Assembly (NCBI GenBank): GCA_977862235.1
Contig: OZ374561.1
Location: forward strand, 2,232,001 to 2,296,000
Source of the DNA: Dudresnaya verticillata
Lineage: Eukaryota
Reading direction: 5' to 3'
Length of the DNA stretch: 64,000 nt
The translations under genes were made by a program, and so were the position numbers. Numbering within the stretch: the stretch's first letter is position 1; each line of letters starts with the position of its first letter. Below the pieces are notes generated by a model. It worked only from the letters and a program-made list of their open reading frames with translations, searched no databases and had not been told where the DNA came from. Shown one piece after another: positions 1 to 11,204 of this stretch.

Positions 1-1010
1 AAGAGGAAGTCTTGCTCCCTTTTGCATATTACTGTAATAGCCCGCTTGTCAAATATACGACAGCTGGCCCCCTGCCGGGCTGGGACGGATATCGGCCCCG
101 GGGCTGAGCCGAGGTCCGATACAGTGTTTGCTCTAGTTCATTAGCCCCGGGCACTCATCACCGCCCTCGTCAGCAGAGAAGTGGACCGCATGACAAGGAT
201 TCCGACCAAAACATCCGGATCGCAGTCGAAGCCCTGACAAGACGGCATGCCATAGTCGCGGCCATTCGCGCACGTGCGCCCGCGGTGCGCCAGTCCGCAC
301 GACGGCGGCCAGGCAACGGCAGGCGACCGCCCGCTGTTGACCGCGCAACATCCGCGTGCACACTGCTCTCGGTGTAAGACACTGTAATTAGATACTGTAA
401 CCCTAGATGATTCCCGACAGCCGTCCATACGACGTGACCGGTTCCTGCGGGATAAGTATCCCGCTGGCCGCCACGGTCATCCCCTCGACAGTCTTCCCCA
501 TCATTCTACTCTACAGTAAACCCCGCTTCTCCAACACTGGGAAAAACATTCTGTCGGAGTGACACTGTAAGCCGTTGGCTGTGCGCTGATTTGTTGATGC
601 ACAGTTCGTCCTCCCGACGTCAGCTTTCCGCGTGCGTGCCGAATTCGACTCTCTCTAGCACAGGCACATGCATCGCGCAGGCCGTGAAGCAGGTACTGGT
701 ACTGTTAACAACTGTACATACAGTAGTAGCCGCTTACGCGCGGCAGGTCTCGTTGCACACGTCACAAGGGTCTGCCCGAAAAAAAAAAATGGAGATCCAG
801 CAGCGGAGACTCCGCGTGTCCACGGCGCGGCACCGGGCCGCCAGAGCGGTCCCCGGGCTGCGCCCATCGCGCGGCTCGCACACGCCAACCTCCCGCCATC
901 CGCACTCCGCATCGCCCGCTGCGCCCTTCTTGCACATCTGCCCGCACGCAGTTCCATTCCGCCTGTCTGCCCGTCTGCGTCCGAGTGCACCAGTTGCCTG
1001 TCAGCCCTCC

Positions 1011-1042
<32 letters not shown>

Positions 1043-1053
1043 GCCGCCGCCGC
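1011..1053 (+). repeat. (CCG)n trinucleotide repeat, ~14 units with one CCA interruption, upstream of the hemerythrin-RING gene
   Basis: Direct reading of the sequence. Confidence 0.9.
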
Positions 1054-1149
1054 AGTCGACACCTCCGCGAAAGGATGTGCTAGCTCCGGGCCGAGCCCGC
1101 AGCTCCGCACCCACCCGCACGCAACTCTACCCCCGCTCCCCCTCCCAAC

Positions 1150-4100
1150 ATGACGCCCACCACTGCCCCCGTGCAGCACCTCTTCGTCCTGCATGCAGCC
1201 ATCCGGTCGGCCACCTCAAAGCTCCTGCGCTCGGTCCACACCCTGTCGGCACTGGCCCCGGATGCCCATCTGGACGACCTGGGGCGCAGGGTTCAACTCC
1301 TCGCCGACATTGTCCTGGCCCACTGCATGGTCGAGGACCGCACCGTCCTGCCCGTCCTACGCGCCGCCGCTGAGAAGAGCAACAAGTCTGCAGCCGTCAT
1401 CCCGTCTTTTTCCCCACACGACCGCCCCGCCAAGCGCCCACGCACCTCGGCCTCGCCGGCCTCCGTCCTGCTGGAGGACACCCACGTCGAGCATGCGCAG
1501 CTCAACTCCACCTTTCGCAGCCTCAAGGCAGCCATCACACGCCTCAGAGCAGCCTCCATGCTCACCGCCTCGGCCCCCGACCAGCCACCTGCGGAGGGCG
1601 CAGAGTCCAGACCCGCCAGTCCTGTCCTCACCAGGGTCGATGCCATAGCCCGCGTCCGCGAGGAGGCCAAGCGCATGAGTGATCTCGTTTACCACCACAT
1701 GCACGCCGAGGAGGAGCATATTCTACCGCTGTGCGCGCGTTACCTGAGCCTGGCCGAGCAACGCCAGTTGCTCGTCCAATGTATGCATGCTACGGTTTCC
1801 GTCGCGCATCTGCCCGACGCTTTTCGCTTTGTCTCGCGTGACGATTTAGCCGGCTTGTTCTCTGCGCTAGGTGATTGCGCTTCCCAAGAAGATTTGCGCA
1901 GCGTCGCGTCCGCCATTGCGTCCGGCTTCTCGCTTGACGAGTGGGCTGCCCTGTGCAAACGAGTAGATGGACTGGGAGAGCTGGTTACACCAAAACATAA
2001 TCCGCTCATTGAGATCACACACCTCCACAAAGCTATTGGCAAAGAGCTTGATGACATTGTCGCCTACTGCAAGAACATGGATGTCGTAGATCCGAAACAG
2101 ATGCAATCGCTTGTTGCCCGCTTTGAGTTTCTGAGGACTGTACATACGTGTCACTCTGACGGTGAGGATAGTGTCTTGCTGAGAGAGTTGAACGTCAAGC
2201 TGCAGTCGTCGCCGTGCTCTCCAGATGCCCATAGCTTTCATGAGGAGCATGACGATGATTCTGAGCTGTTCGACAACTTTGTGCATCAACTCGGCAAATT
2301 GCAGCAGGAGACGAAGAACACTTCGAAGGAGCAGGAAGATGTGCTTGTGAAACTCAAGAAGGAGATGCAGCAGTCTGTGGAGAGCATCGCCAATCATCTC
2401 AAGGAGCACATGCACGAGGAAGAGACAAAGCTCCTCCCACTTGTACGAAAGCACTTTAGTTTGGAGGACCAATACGGCATGATGCGCCGTGTCATGGCTC
2501 GTGTCCCTTCTGAGTTTCTGTACGAGCTCATCCCGTGGATGTTCGGCTATTTATCTGTAGACGAACAGGAATCACTGCTGCGAAGTCTGGTCAGGAGTTC
2601 TCCACGAGATCAAGTGCACAAAGTTGTGAGCGCAATTGCGCATAGCGTCAGGAAAGGCATGACAAATCGTACAGAATGGAATGAGCTTTGTCTGCGTGTG
2701 CCCGACGTTGATGTTGAGTACAAGAAAATTATTGAAGCAGATGTTGAGCAGGACCCAGGGCCGGTCTCTGAGATTCTGCGAGTTCACCAAGCTTTTCGAA
2801 TTGAGCTCAATGCACTGCTCAGGAGGGCAAAGAAGATCCCAGCTGACGGGTTGAGCCCCGACCCTCGCACTCTTTCGTCTCTGGCCGATAGTGTTGCTTT
2901 TCTCAGAAAGATGGTTGGGGATCACTCGCAGGCCGAGGATGATATCCTGCTTCCCCGCCTGGAACGGCGAGTGCCAGGCATATCTTCAAAGTACAAGGAT
3001 GACCACTGCGATGAGCGGCAGCTTTTTAGCGATTTGGCAAAGTGCTTGGAGGAGCTCCAGTGTGCTACCAGTGAATCCGACTGTACAGCGCTCGTGCAAA
3101 GGCTTCACATACTGGCCAGGACTCTGATGGATGAAATGGTGCAGCACTTGGCGCAAGAAGAAGAGCATCTGTGGCCGTATGTAACGACACACTTCACGCC
3201 GAAAGAGCAGACGGAGATAGTAGCAATGGTCTTTGGCCAAATGCCGTGCAGTCGTTTGCGTGAGTTGTTACCGTGGATGATCCGAGTGTTATCAGTATCG
3301 GAGAGCAACACGATGATGAATCACATTCTGCTAGTGACAAAATCAACTATGTTTGAGACGTGGTTGAAGACATGGTTGCCGCTAGACGAGGGCAAACTTC
3401 CTGGAGACAAAAGTTCGACCTTGACTCGTGCTAAGGTCAGTGCAGGTTCTGTTGCGAAAAGTGCTCAAAGAGGCACGGGAGGTATGGGAGGTTCTGCGAA
3501 CACAGCGCTGCTGATGTTGAGAGGAAAGGACAATATGGAAAGAACCATGCGCGACCTAGCGCAAGACTCCTCGTTGACAGTGCAAGATCGAACTAGAATG
3601 ATGCAACAAGTCATGCTAGCACCTTACAATGAGGTGAAGGCCGGCGCTTTGGCAGCTCATCGCAAGCAGCACAACGACAAGGACGACTTATCGGCAATAT
3701 ACCGAGTTGACAAGAATGGGAAGAGACGTCTTGGATGCAAGCACTACTTGCGTGCAAGCAAGCTGCGGGCATCTTGTTGCAACCGTCTGTACACGTGCCG
3801 GTTATGCCACGACGACGCGGAGGTATCTCACGTCATGGATCGGAGTGCGACTACAGAAGTGCTTTGTATGCGGTGCCAAACGCTACAGCCGGTTGGAGCC
3901 AGTTGCATCAACGAGAAATGTGGAAAAGCATTCGCACGTTACTTCTGCCGGGTGTGTGTATTCTACGACAATGCAGAAGACCGCAATATATATCACTGCC
4001 ATAGCTGCAATGTGTGCCGGGTAGGGAAGGGTCTGGGACAAGACTACTTCCACTGCATGAAATGTAACCAGTGCATGAGCATGAAGTACCGTGAGACTGG

Positions 4101-4527
4101 GCACGTGTGCGTGGAGAACTCGATGGAGTCGGACTGCCCGGTGTGCTACCAGTACCTCTTTACAAGCACAAGTCCTGTGAAGTATCTCGCGTGCGGACAT
4201 TTGATGCACCAGACATGCTACAAGGCGTACATTAAGCAGCGGATCAGCTGCCCTGTCTGTGCTCGGTCGCTGGAGGAGATGAAGCCACTCTATCAGCAGC
4301 TGGACCGCGAGCTCGCGGTTGAGAGGACCAACATGCCACGAGAGTACCGCACGGCGCGATGCGACATTTTCTGCCTGGACTGCCATAAGCCGAGCAATAC
4401 GGCATACCATTTCATGTACAACAAGTGCCCCCACTGTTCAAGTTATAACACGAGGCTTGACCGTGTGGACGCGAATGCTGTGGAACAAGAACCTCTGGCA
4501 GCCCCAGAGGGTGAACCACCGCGGTAG
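1150..4527 (+). CDS. BRUTUS/HRZ-like iron-sensing E3 ligase: three hemerythrin (HHE) domains, then CHY zinc finger, CTCHY, RING and zinc ribbon
   Basis: 1125-aa intronless ORF. Repeated HxxxE motifs (LHAAIR/HCMVED/HMHAEE; LHKAI/HSDGED/HMHEEE; VHQAFR/HSQAED/HLAQEE). C-terminal GCKHYLR..CCNRLYTCRLCHD, YFCRVCVFYD, CPVC..LACGHLMHQTC..CPVC and CLDC..KCPHCSSYNT. Confidence 0.93.
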   Translation: MTPTTAPVQHLFVLHAAIRSATSKLLRSVHTLSALAPDAHLDDLGRRVQLLADIVLAHCMVEDRTVLPVLRAAAEKSNKSAAVIPSFSPHDRPAKRPRTSASPASVLLEDTHVEHAQLNSTFRSLKAAITRLRAASMLTASAPDQPPAEGAESRPASPVLTRVDAIARVREEAKRMSDLVYHHMHAEEEHILPLCARYLSLAEQRQLLVQCMHATVSVAHLPDAFRFVSRDDLAGLFSALGDCASQEDLRSVASAIASGFSLDEWAALCKRVDGLGELVTPKHNPLIEITHLHKAIGKELDDIVAYCKNMDVVDPKQMQSLVARFEFLRTVHTCHSDGEDSVLLRELNVKLQSSPCSPDAHSFHEEHDDDSELFDNFVHQLGKLQQETKNTSKEQEDVLVKLKKEMQQSVESIANHLKEHMHEEETKLLPLVRKHFSLEDQYGMMRRVMARVPSEFLYELIPWMFGYLSVDEQESLLRSLVRSSPRDQVHKVVSAIAHSVRKGMTNRTEWNELCLRVPDVDVEYKKIIEADVEQDPGPVSEILRVHQAFRIELNALLRRAKKIPADGLSPDPRTLSSLADSVAFLRKMVGDHSQAEDDILLPRLERRVPGISSKYKDDHCDERQLFSDLAKCLEELQCATSESDCTALVQRLHILARTLMDEMVQHLAQEEEHLWPYVTTHFTPKEQTEIVAMVFGQMPCSRLRELLPWMIRVLSVSESNTMMNHILLVTKSTMFETWLKTWLPLDEGKLPGDKSSTLTRAKVSAGSVAKSAQRGTGGMGGSANTALLMLRGKDNMERTMRDLAQDSSLTVQDRTRMMQQVMLAPYNEVKAGALAAHRKQHNDKDDLSAIYRVDKNGKRRLGCKHYLRASKLRASCCNRLYTCRLCHDDAEVSHVMDRSATTEVLCMRCQTLQPVGASCINEKCGKAFARYFCRVCVFYDNAEDRNIYHCHSCNVCRVGKGLGQDYFHCMKCNQCMSMKYRETGHVCVENSMESDCPVCYQYLFTSTSPVKYLACGHLMHQTCYKAYIKQRISCPVCARSLEEMKPLYQQLDRELAVERTNMPREYRTARCDIFCLDCHKPSNTAYHFMYNKCPHCSSYNTRLDRVDANAVEQEPLAAPEGEPPR

Positions 4528-5437
4528 AATTTGTAGGGTGTTCTCGGAGGTGACTCAAAGAAGAGCCTGTGGATAGAGATGAGATGGTGGGCAGAGAGTT
4601 TGTCTGAAACGCCAGGAGCTGAGGGAAAAGGCGAGAGGATTAGAGGTGGTGACGTTGCAGTTGCTAGGCATTAAAAGACATGTGCAACATGGATGCGAGT
4701 GCAAGTGATCTTGAGATCAAGAGCAAGCGGGCGAGGTACAGTAGATGCAGCAGTGTCCGGTACTTTACACGACTCGCAACTGTGTTGTGTCTGTTGCGCG
4801 TGTTAGCGTTTTCGATGCGGTGGCCTTCGGTGGGGGTGGACAGACATGTCGGTTATTTAGCGTGCCATGCTCGTTTCGATGCCGAGTTCGTTCGTAGAAA
4901 CGGCGGAGGGCGCGGAGGCGCGGTCCACGGAGGTTTAGTACAGTGCAATTACAAACGGCAGAGAGCAATTGTGCAGCTGGGGCTGCGCGTGCCACTTGCA
5001 TCTTACGCTGTGACGTCCGCAAAAACCCAAATTTGAAACAACGCGCTGGCGCATGCAGATGCCCATTATGCCACAACCGATCATCACCGCTCCCGCCCGC
5101 CGACACACTCCGCGCGCCGTGTGCGCCGCCTTTTCCCGTGCACAGTCACCCCGCCCAACAGCAACGCATCCGACTGCCTCCGTCCCGCCCGCCTGCCGAC
5201 GCCAACACCTCTTGTCCCGTTCCGCCTTTCCGACGCTCGGCCACACCCCCGTGCTTCATAACCACCCCGCGTCCTCTGTCTTTCCCCCTTCCGTCGCCGG
5301 CACAGACCGCCCCGACACGTCCTCGCTTCGAGACTCCCTGCGCTCCGACCCGCGTCGTGTCTCTCGGGCGCAGTCTTCCTCCCGCCACTCCCATACATAC
5401 CCAAGCCGCTGGCAACACCCCCCCGCACCGCCCCACC

Positions 5438-6673
5438 ATGAAGCGCTCCTCCTCCAAGCTCATCTCCAAGGCGGGGTCCGTGCGAAACATCAACAAGGTC
5501 GGCTATAAGTTCAAGTTCGAGCTGCACGTCGAGTCGGTCGACAAGATGATGGGCTCGAACGAGGTTGTTGTCACTTGGGAGCGCGGCCCAAAGCTCCTAT
5601 CCACCCGCCCGGCGAAGATTGACAAGTCATCCCGCGTCGCCCATTTTGGTGGCGAGGTCCTCTCGCAGGAGGTCACCATGTTCAAGAAGAAGAAGGAGGG
5701 CTCCTCGTTCGAGGAGAAAGTCTACCGCCTCACCATCCGCCACGGCTCGGACCGTGGCAAGATTGTCGGCAGGATCGACATCGACTTTGCCACCTACGTC
5801 GACATCCCCTCCTACTCGAAGCGCATCGGCGCCACCTTGTCGTCTGGCGGCCGCATCGTCCTGCGCGTCTCGTCCAACTTTATTGGCGAAGCGAAGCCCC
5901 GCGGCACCGGCCGCGGCTCGCGCGGCTCCGCTTCGCAGGGTAGCCGTGACCCAGAGTCGGACGGGCTGTCTACGGCGGCACCGGACGATGAGGACGAGCG
6001 CAGTGAGCTGGACGCTGACTTGGGCCCGGACCTGGACGACCTGGAGGTGGACGAAGAGCCGCTGCCTCGCCATCACGCGCCACCGCCGCCGCAGCAGTTG
6101 TCGGTTATGAAGAAGGCACCATCGTTGCGCGGGCGCAACCGCCCGCCTAACCCGTCCCCGCCGTCTGATGAGACGCCGACGTCGTCTGCTGGCAGTGGCG
6201 TTCTGACCAAGATGCGCCGCAGGCCATCTGCACCGTCGCCGAAGCGTGATACCGGCGGCGACTCTGGCTCTTCCTCGGGGCTAATCGCGACCCGTGGCGT
6301 GCGCTCAAGGCAGGACAGTGATGTCGGTGCGACCAATGCAGGCGGGCCGTCAAAGGCAGAGTTTGACAAGCTGAAAAGGGATAATCGCCAGTTGAGGCGG
6401 AAGGTAGAGGACTTGGAACAGCGGAACGGCGAACTGGAACGGCAGCTCGCGGAGGGAGAGGACTTTGGTGGCAGTTCAGAGTCACTCGAACAGTTGATGG
6501 TGGAAAATACGGCACTGAGGAGGGACGTCGGTGACTTACAGGCAAGGCTGGATCGGGAACCAGTTTATTCCGATGTTGTCAGAGACTTGAGGGAGGCAAA
6601 GATGGCCCTTGCAATCCTAACTCTCGAAAAGGACGAGCTCATTCAAGAAGTGCGGAAGCTGCGGAGACGCTAA
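5438..6673 (+). CDS. NT-C2 (EEIG1/EHBP1 N-terminal C2) domain protein with C-terminal coiled coil
   Basis: ATG in CCACCATG context at 5438. Motifs YKFKFELHVE, VVVTWERG, VTMFK, FEEKVYRL and GRIDIDFATY are typical of NT-C2. Low-complexity linker and heptad-rich C-terminus. Confidence 0.85.
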   Translation: MKRSSSKLISKAGSVRNINKVGYKFKFELHVESVDKMMGSNEVVVTWERGPKLLSTRPAKIDKSSRVAHFGGEVLSQEVTMFKKKKEGSSFEEKVYRLTIRHGSDRGKIVGRIDIDFATYVDIPSYSKRIGATLSSGGRIVLRVSSNFIGEAKPRGTGRGSRGSASQGSRDPESDGLSTAAPDDEDERSELDADLGPDLDDLEVDEEPLPRHHAPPPPQQLSVMKKAPSLRGRNRPPNPSPPSDETPTSSAGSGVLTKMRRRPSAPSPKRDTGGDSGSSSGLIATRGVRSRQDSDVGATNAGGPSKAEFDKLKRDNRQLRRKVEDLEQRNGELERQLAEGEDFGGSSESLEQLMVENTALRRDVGDLQARLDREPVYSDVVRDLREAKMALAILTLEKDELIQEVRKLRRR

Positions 6674-7034
6674 AACGAAGCTGTTGCGGCGTAAGTTTGT
6701 ACGGAGATATGGGCTTGCCTTTTCTTACTTTTCGCTTTGGTACAATAGAATACAAGCTAAGCATAGTGGCAACTAGAACATAACGCAGTTTCTGGGAAAG
6801 CCGCAGTGTACAGGAAACTACAACTGCAGTGTGGTGCGACGCCAGACCGCGAACAACTAAACCAACTTTTTTGATTGTCAACAGGTCGAGTGAATTTACG
6901 TTGACAACTTTATATATTAGTATCGTAAGCAAACTCAGGTGAGTGCAAAGCATTCAGTTGCTGTTTCGCTAGCTTCCCAGTTGTACAGTATTCTACAGCC
7001 ATCGCGTCCCTAATTCAATATTGTATTCGAAATG

Positions 7035-8459
7035 CTACCAGCTGCCGCCACCCCCACCTCCGCCACCACTCGAGCCGCCACCAAATGAGAATGAGCTTCC
7101 GCCCCCTCCAGAAGACCTCGCTGCCGCAACGACCGCAGGATTAACCGCTGTGAATGCCGTACTAGTCGCCATGGGCCGGTGCGACTGGTAGCGATCCCGT
7201 TCCCAAGAGGTCATCATACTGTACGTGATGAAATCCGGGTAGAACGCCCGCGCCCGTCGCACACGGAAGGCATATTCCGGATCGTAAACATCCCATCCTC
7301 CGCGATGGCTGTAGTCCACGCGCGCCTCCGTCGACCTGGTACCCTCATCTTCCACAATAGGCTGCCTGCAAATTGGGCACTGGTTGTTGTTCTCACGCGG
7401 CCCTGAGAACCACGTGACAATGCACCCCTCGTGAAACTTGTGCCCACATGGCAGTGTACGCACGGCGTCTTGCGCAGAGTCTGTCGCACTGTTCGTAGCG
7501 CGCCCAGCTGCGGTCTGACGCAGCCCGGCTCGGAGCGTGCGCGTAGGAGTGGTGCCATTCTCGCTGATGTTCACGGAAACGCTTTCGTCGGCACCTACAT
7601 CACCGTCATTCTGACTTTCGAGGCTCCCTTCACCAACCGCAAAGTCCTCCAAGCAAATCGGACAGCTGGTCGCCACGTAGTCGTTGTTGTTCGCCTTCGC
7701 GCGGTCGGCGTCGATCTTCTCCAGCGCCTTTCGGCACTGCTGGTACCGTCCGCGATTGCGATTGGACATACATGTACAACATGAGAAGCAGGCGACGAAG
7801 GCTGCAACCTGCAAGAACCCAAAGATGTCCGAAAAATTAGCCTCAGTGGGTGGGGGCGGGGGTGGGGCGCCGCTGACAATGTTGCCGATCGCGTTAATGG
7901 CATCCTCAAGGGCCAGTCCGTACTGCTGTTCCCTGAGCTTCGGCTTCATGATGTCCATGACGCGCGGGAGCAGGCTGTCTGGGAAGGCCGAGCGGACGCC
8001 GGCTCCGATGGAGAAGCCCATGGCACGGTCTTGAACTGCAAGGACTACCACGACGCCATTCTGGCAAGAGGCGTCGCCGACGCCCCAGCGGTCGTGCAGG
8101 TCGCGCGCGAAGCGGAAGGCGCGCTTCTCCTTGTCGCCAGACCCGGTCATGGAGTCGAAGATGGCAACGGCGATCTGGGCACCCGCGGGTGACCCCGAGC
8201 AGGTCAGGCCCTGCTTGAAGCCGTGCGTGCCGGCCTCGATGAAGTTGGAAAGGCCGTCCAGCGTGTCGGCGTCAGAGGCTGACAGCAGCCCGTCTGGGTC
8301 GCACACGGCCGACTTCTTTCCGCCACGGCGGCACACGTCGGACGCATCTTTCTGCGGCGAAGGCAGGTCATGAGAGGAGTATCTTCGCGCCAGGCAGTGG
8401 GAAGTTAGAAAACAAAGCAGCAGCGCGAAGAGAGCGCCCCGAGGGGCGCGTCCCGCCAT
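7035..8459 (-). CDS. Signal peptide + TPM domain + transmembrane helix + RING-H2 + Gly-rich tail protein
   Basis: ATG at 8459 followed by a hydrophobic signal peptide. TPM motifs VCDPDGLLS, FARDLHDRWGVG, NGVVVVLAVQDR and MKPKLREQQYGLAL. RING-H2 CPICLEDF...LPCGHKFHEGC..W..CPICR. Ends FGGGSSGGGGGGGGSW. Confidence 0.85.
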   Translation of the reverse strand: MAGRAPRGALFALLLCFLTSHCLARRYSSHDLPSPQKDASDVCRRGGKKSAVCDPDGLLSASDADTLDGLSNFIEAGTHGFKQGLTCSGSPAGAQIAVAIFDSMTGSGDKEKRAFRFARDLHDRWGVGDASCQNGVVVVLAVQDRAMGFSIGAGVRSAFPDSLLPRVMDIMKPKLREQQYGLALEDAINAIGNIVSGAPPPPPPTEANFSDIFGFLQVAAFVACFSCCTCMSNRNRGRYQQCRKALEKIDADRAKANNNDYVATSCPICLEDFAVGEGSLESQNDGDVGADESVSVNISENGTTPTRTLRAGLRQTAAGRATNSATDSAQDAVRTLPCGHKFHEGCIVTWFSGPRENNNQCPICRQPIVEDEGTRSTEARVDYSHRGGWDVYDPEYAFRVRRARAFYPDFITYSMMTSWERDRYQSHRPMATSTAFTAVNPAVVAAARSSGGGGSSFSFGGGSSGGGGGGGGSW

Positions 8460-8483
8460 GGAGAGGTCGATGGAGAGGTCGGC

Positions 8484-8539
8484 GGGGGGGGGGGGGAAGG
8501 GGGGGAAGGGGGGGAAGGGGGGGAAGGGGTGGGTGGGGG
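8484..8539 (+). repeat. G-tract repeat (G13, then GnAA units) just upstream of the TPM-RING start codon; G-quadruplex-capable
   Basis: Direct reading; more than four runs of G3 or longer. Confidence 0.7.
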
Positions 8540-9909
8540 CTGGCCGAGGGTCAGTCGGCCCCTGACCGTGAGGTGCGGATGCAAGGCGGAAGAATGTCCG
8601 GTGGGCCACAGCCTTGCAAGCCACATTCTTGCCTCCTTCGCAAACCGGCCCGGACGACAAAGCTGGAACCGCAATTTTTTTCGGTACTGTACAGTATGCC
8701 CGCAGCCCTCATTGCTGTGACTATCAAAAGTGACGCGGCTCTCCCTTTGGCCCATTGCAACGGCCCTCCTGCTGAAGCCCCGGCTTACTGCCCGCCATCT
8801 CCGGGAGGCTGGTCCAGCACCGATCCGCGCCATCGCTTCGGTGGTGGCAACGCCCCGCCCACGTCCCGCAGCTAGCAGGGGCGGAGACCATTGCGCCGGG
8901 AAGATTGATCCGAACCGTGAAGCAAAGAGGGCTGCATGGTGCTACTCAGAGCACGGTGCTGGCGCCCGAGCTGACCCGCCAGTCGATCGCCCCTAGAGCT
9001 GCGAAGTGAAATGAGCTGCAGGTCGTACCTCGTCAAAGCTTGGAAGCAGTTATCTAGAGCCGTCTCCTCTTGTCCAATCTTCTGTCGTGGTAGTCTTTGC
9101 CCACTGCTTTTGACTAAGGCTTCTCTTTTATTTCCTGGGAAGCCTGAGGGATGAGACCCCTTCATGTCGCCGCTAGCTACATTCGGTGAATATGTCGCGC
9201 CCCCGTGCGCGATCTGCCTCCCGTCGGCAGCGACGGCACCGATACGTAGCGGCATCTTCACTATTCCTTTCTCCGCATGAACTCAACACGCTTCACACGC
9301 TTCCTTTTTGCGATCGGTATCCGTGCCCAATGTCGCAACTTGGTCTTGTCCTTTGGTACAGTAGTGTTACATCCTTTCTCCCAAGTGCGTTCTCCACCCG
9401 CGCACCGCCTCAACTTGAAACGCTGCTGCTCGCGCACCGTCCTACGCGCTCGCGAGGCTCTTCAAGCTCTTCGGACTCCATTATACGCTTTAGAGGGGCT
9501 GAAAATGGTGATTATTCAGTAGAAGATGAGGCCCCATAATCATGAACATGGGCATTCACACGCCTTGTTAATCGCTGCACCAATTTCTCTCCCCCGTCTG
9601 CGGTTTTGGGTTCCGAATGAACATGTTCTACTTGCAACGCATTCTTGGCATTCACCGACAAATGTGAGTCCTATTCTATACAAGTAGTCTTCCTCATGGC
9701 CTGAAGTCAACTGCAATACGAACTCGCCTTACCAACAGAAACATAACAAAGCTGCATCAAGCCAAGCCCAGGAAGCCAAGCACCAAGGACCGCACTTGGC
9801 GTCCCCCACACGCGCACAATTTTGAGGTTTTTTTATCCTTCAACTGATCGCGGTGAACGCACGGACCCATCCGTGCATCGAGTACCCGAAAGCGTTCTGA
9901 TACTCAACC

Positions 9910-11112
9910 ATGGTTTCTACCTCGAAACTCGAAGCAGGGGAACAATCCTCCGAGGCTGTGAGTCCTCGAGTTGGGGAAGAAGACCTCTCCTCGTATCTAT
10001 CCTCCATAACAGCCTTGATTTGCCGTGAGAAAAAGCCATGCGCAGAAGCCCTGAGGCACGCCTGCCGCTCGCGCCTGGCTCGTCAAGTGCTGCAATTGCC
10101 CGACTCCGCATCCACAGCACTAGTGGGTACTGCAACGAGTGACCTTCCGGTCGCGTCGCTAGCGCTGGCCCTCGGGTCTGCTAGTTTGACCGTCAACCAT
10201 GCCCGCGCTAGACGTTTTCTCCCCGCAGTCCAAGCTGCAGATGTGGCAATGGTTTTCCTCGGTATGCCAGAGGCTGCCCCTCTGGTCAAGTTTGTGGCAT
10301 TTGTTGAGCGAACTGGACTACTCGAGCTAGGGGAAAACTCAATTGCCACGGGACGCATCGGGGAAGTCCAGATCATTGAGGCAGATGCTGCCGCGCCGAA
10401 ATTAAGGTCACCATGCCAAGAGATATGCGCCCCAGACTTATCGCTTAAGCAATTCAGTGAGCTCTTCCAGCACGATCAACCCCTGATTATCCGAGGGTGT
10501 GCTGCAGAATGGCCTGCTCTGAAAAAGTGGCCTGAGGCTTCGTACCTCAGCAAGTTGTTCGGACACCGCACCGTGCCGGTCGAGTCGATCACTGTAGGGA
10601 AGGTGGAAATGGAGGAGAGGTTTTATTCCCTTAACGACGTGCTGCGAATGATGCTGGTAACATCTGGGAAGAAAGAAGAGTCGGTCTACATAGCTCAGCA
10701 TCCGCTGTTTGACTACATTCCGGCCCTCCAGCACGACATTGCGCACCCGAAATATATGCACGTGGTAGGGAAGAGCCGTGCAGATCTCGTGAACATATGG
10801 ATGGGCACCCCCGGGAGTGGATCAAAGCTGCATTACGACTCCGCAGACAACTTTCTCGTTCAGGTCGTCGGTGAGAAAAAAGTGGTTCTCATCCCACCCG
10901 CCCAAAGCAACCTGCTGTATCGGAAATCAGCAACTGCTAATGTTTCCCCTGTGGATGTCGGCAAGCCGGACCTGACGACATTTCCCCTCTTTGAACGGGT
11001 TGAGGCGGTAACTGCAATTTTGCGACCAGGAGACGCGTTGTACATCCCAGCGATGCACTGGCATTGGGTTACGGCCTTCTCCGCATCTGTGTCAGTGAAT
11101 TTTTGGTTCTGA
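9910..11112 (+). CDS. JmjC/cupin-8 domain 2-oxoglutarate oxygenase (JMJD5/KDM8-like)
   Basis: PLIIRGCAAEWPALKKW, GHRTVPVE, YIAQHPLFD, NIWMG, LHYD (HxD), QVVGEKKVVL, LRPGDALYIPAMHWH, SVSVNFWF. Confidence 0.9.
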   Translation: MVSTSKLEAGEQSSEAVSPRVGEEDLSSYLSSITALICREKKPCAEALRHACRSRLARQVLQLPDSASTALVGTATSDLPVASLALALGSASLTVNHARARRFLPAVQAADVAMVFLGMPEAAPLVKFVAFVERTGLLELGENSIATGRIGEVQIIEADAAAPKLRSPCQEICAPDLSLKQFSELFQHDQPLIIRGCAAEWPALKKWPEASYLSKLFGHRTVPVESITVGKVEMEERFYSLNDVLRMMLVTSGKKEESVYIAQHPLFDYIPALQHDIAHPKYMHVVGKSRADLVNIWMGTPGSGSKLHYDSADNFLVQVVGEKKVVLIPPAQSNLLYRKSATANVSPVDVGKPDLTTFPLFERVEAVTAILRPGDALYIPAMHWHWVTAFSASVSVNFWF

Positions 11113-11204
11113 ACACAACGAAATACAGCTGTGAGTGCAGTCTCAAACGCGAAGGACTGCTGCAGATGGTCCACCCAACCTGATTCCTGTGCCATGCGCG
11201 CTCC

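Noticed and set aside
1..590. GC-rich region with short palindromes and several CTGTAA motifs, LTR-like in texture
   Set aside because: No TG...CA termini, TSD or second copy could be identified; the short ORFs have no recognisable motifs
591..1373. 260-aa poly-Pro ORF and overlapping poly-Ala ORFs
   Set aside because: By-products of the CCG repeat and GC-rich leader of the gene at 1150
4943..5437. N-terminal extension of the NT-C2 ORF
   Set aside because: Non-ATG start and low-complexity leader; the ATG at 5438 has a better context
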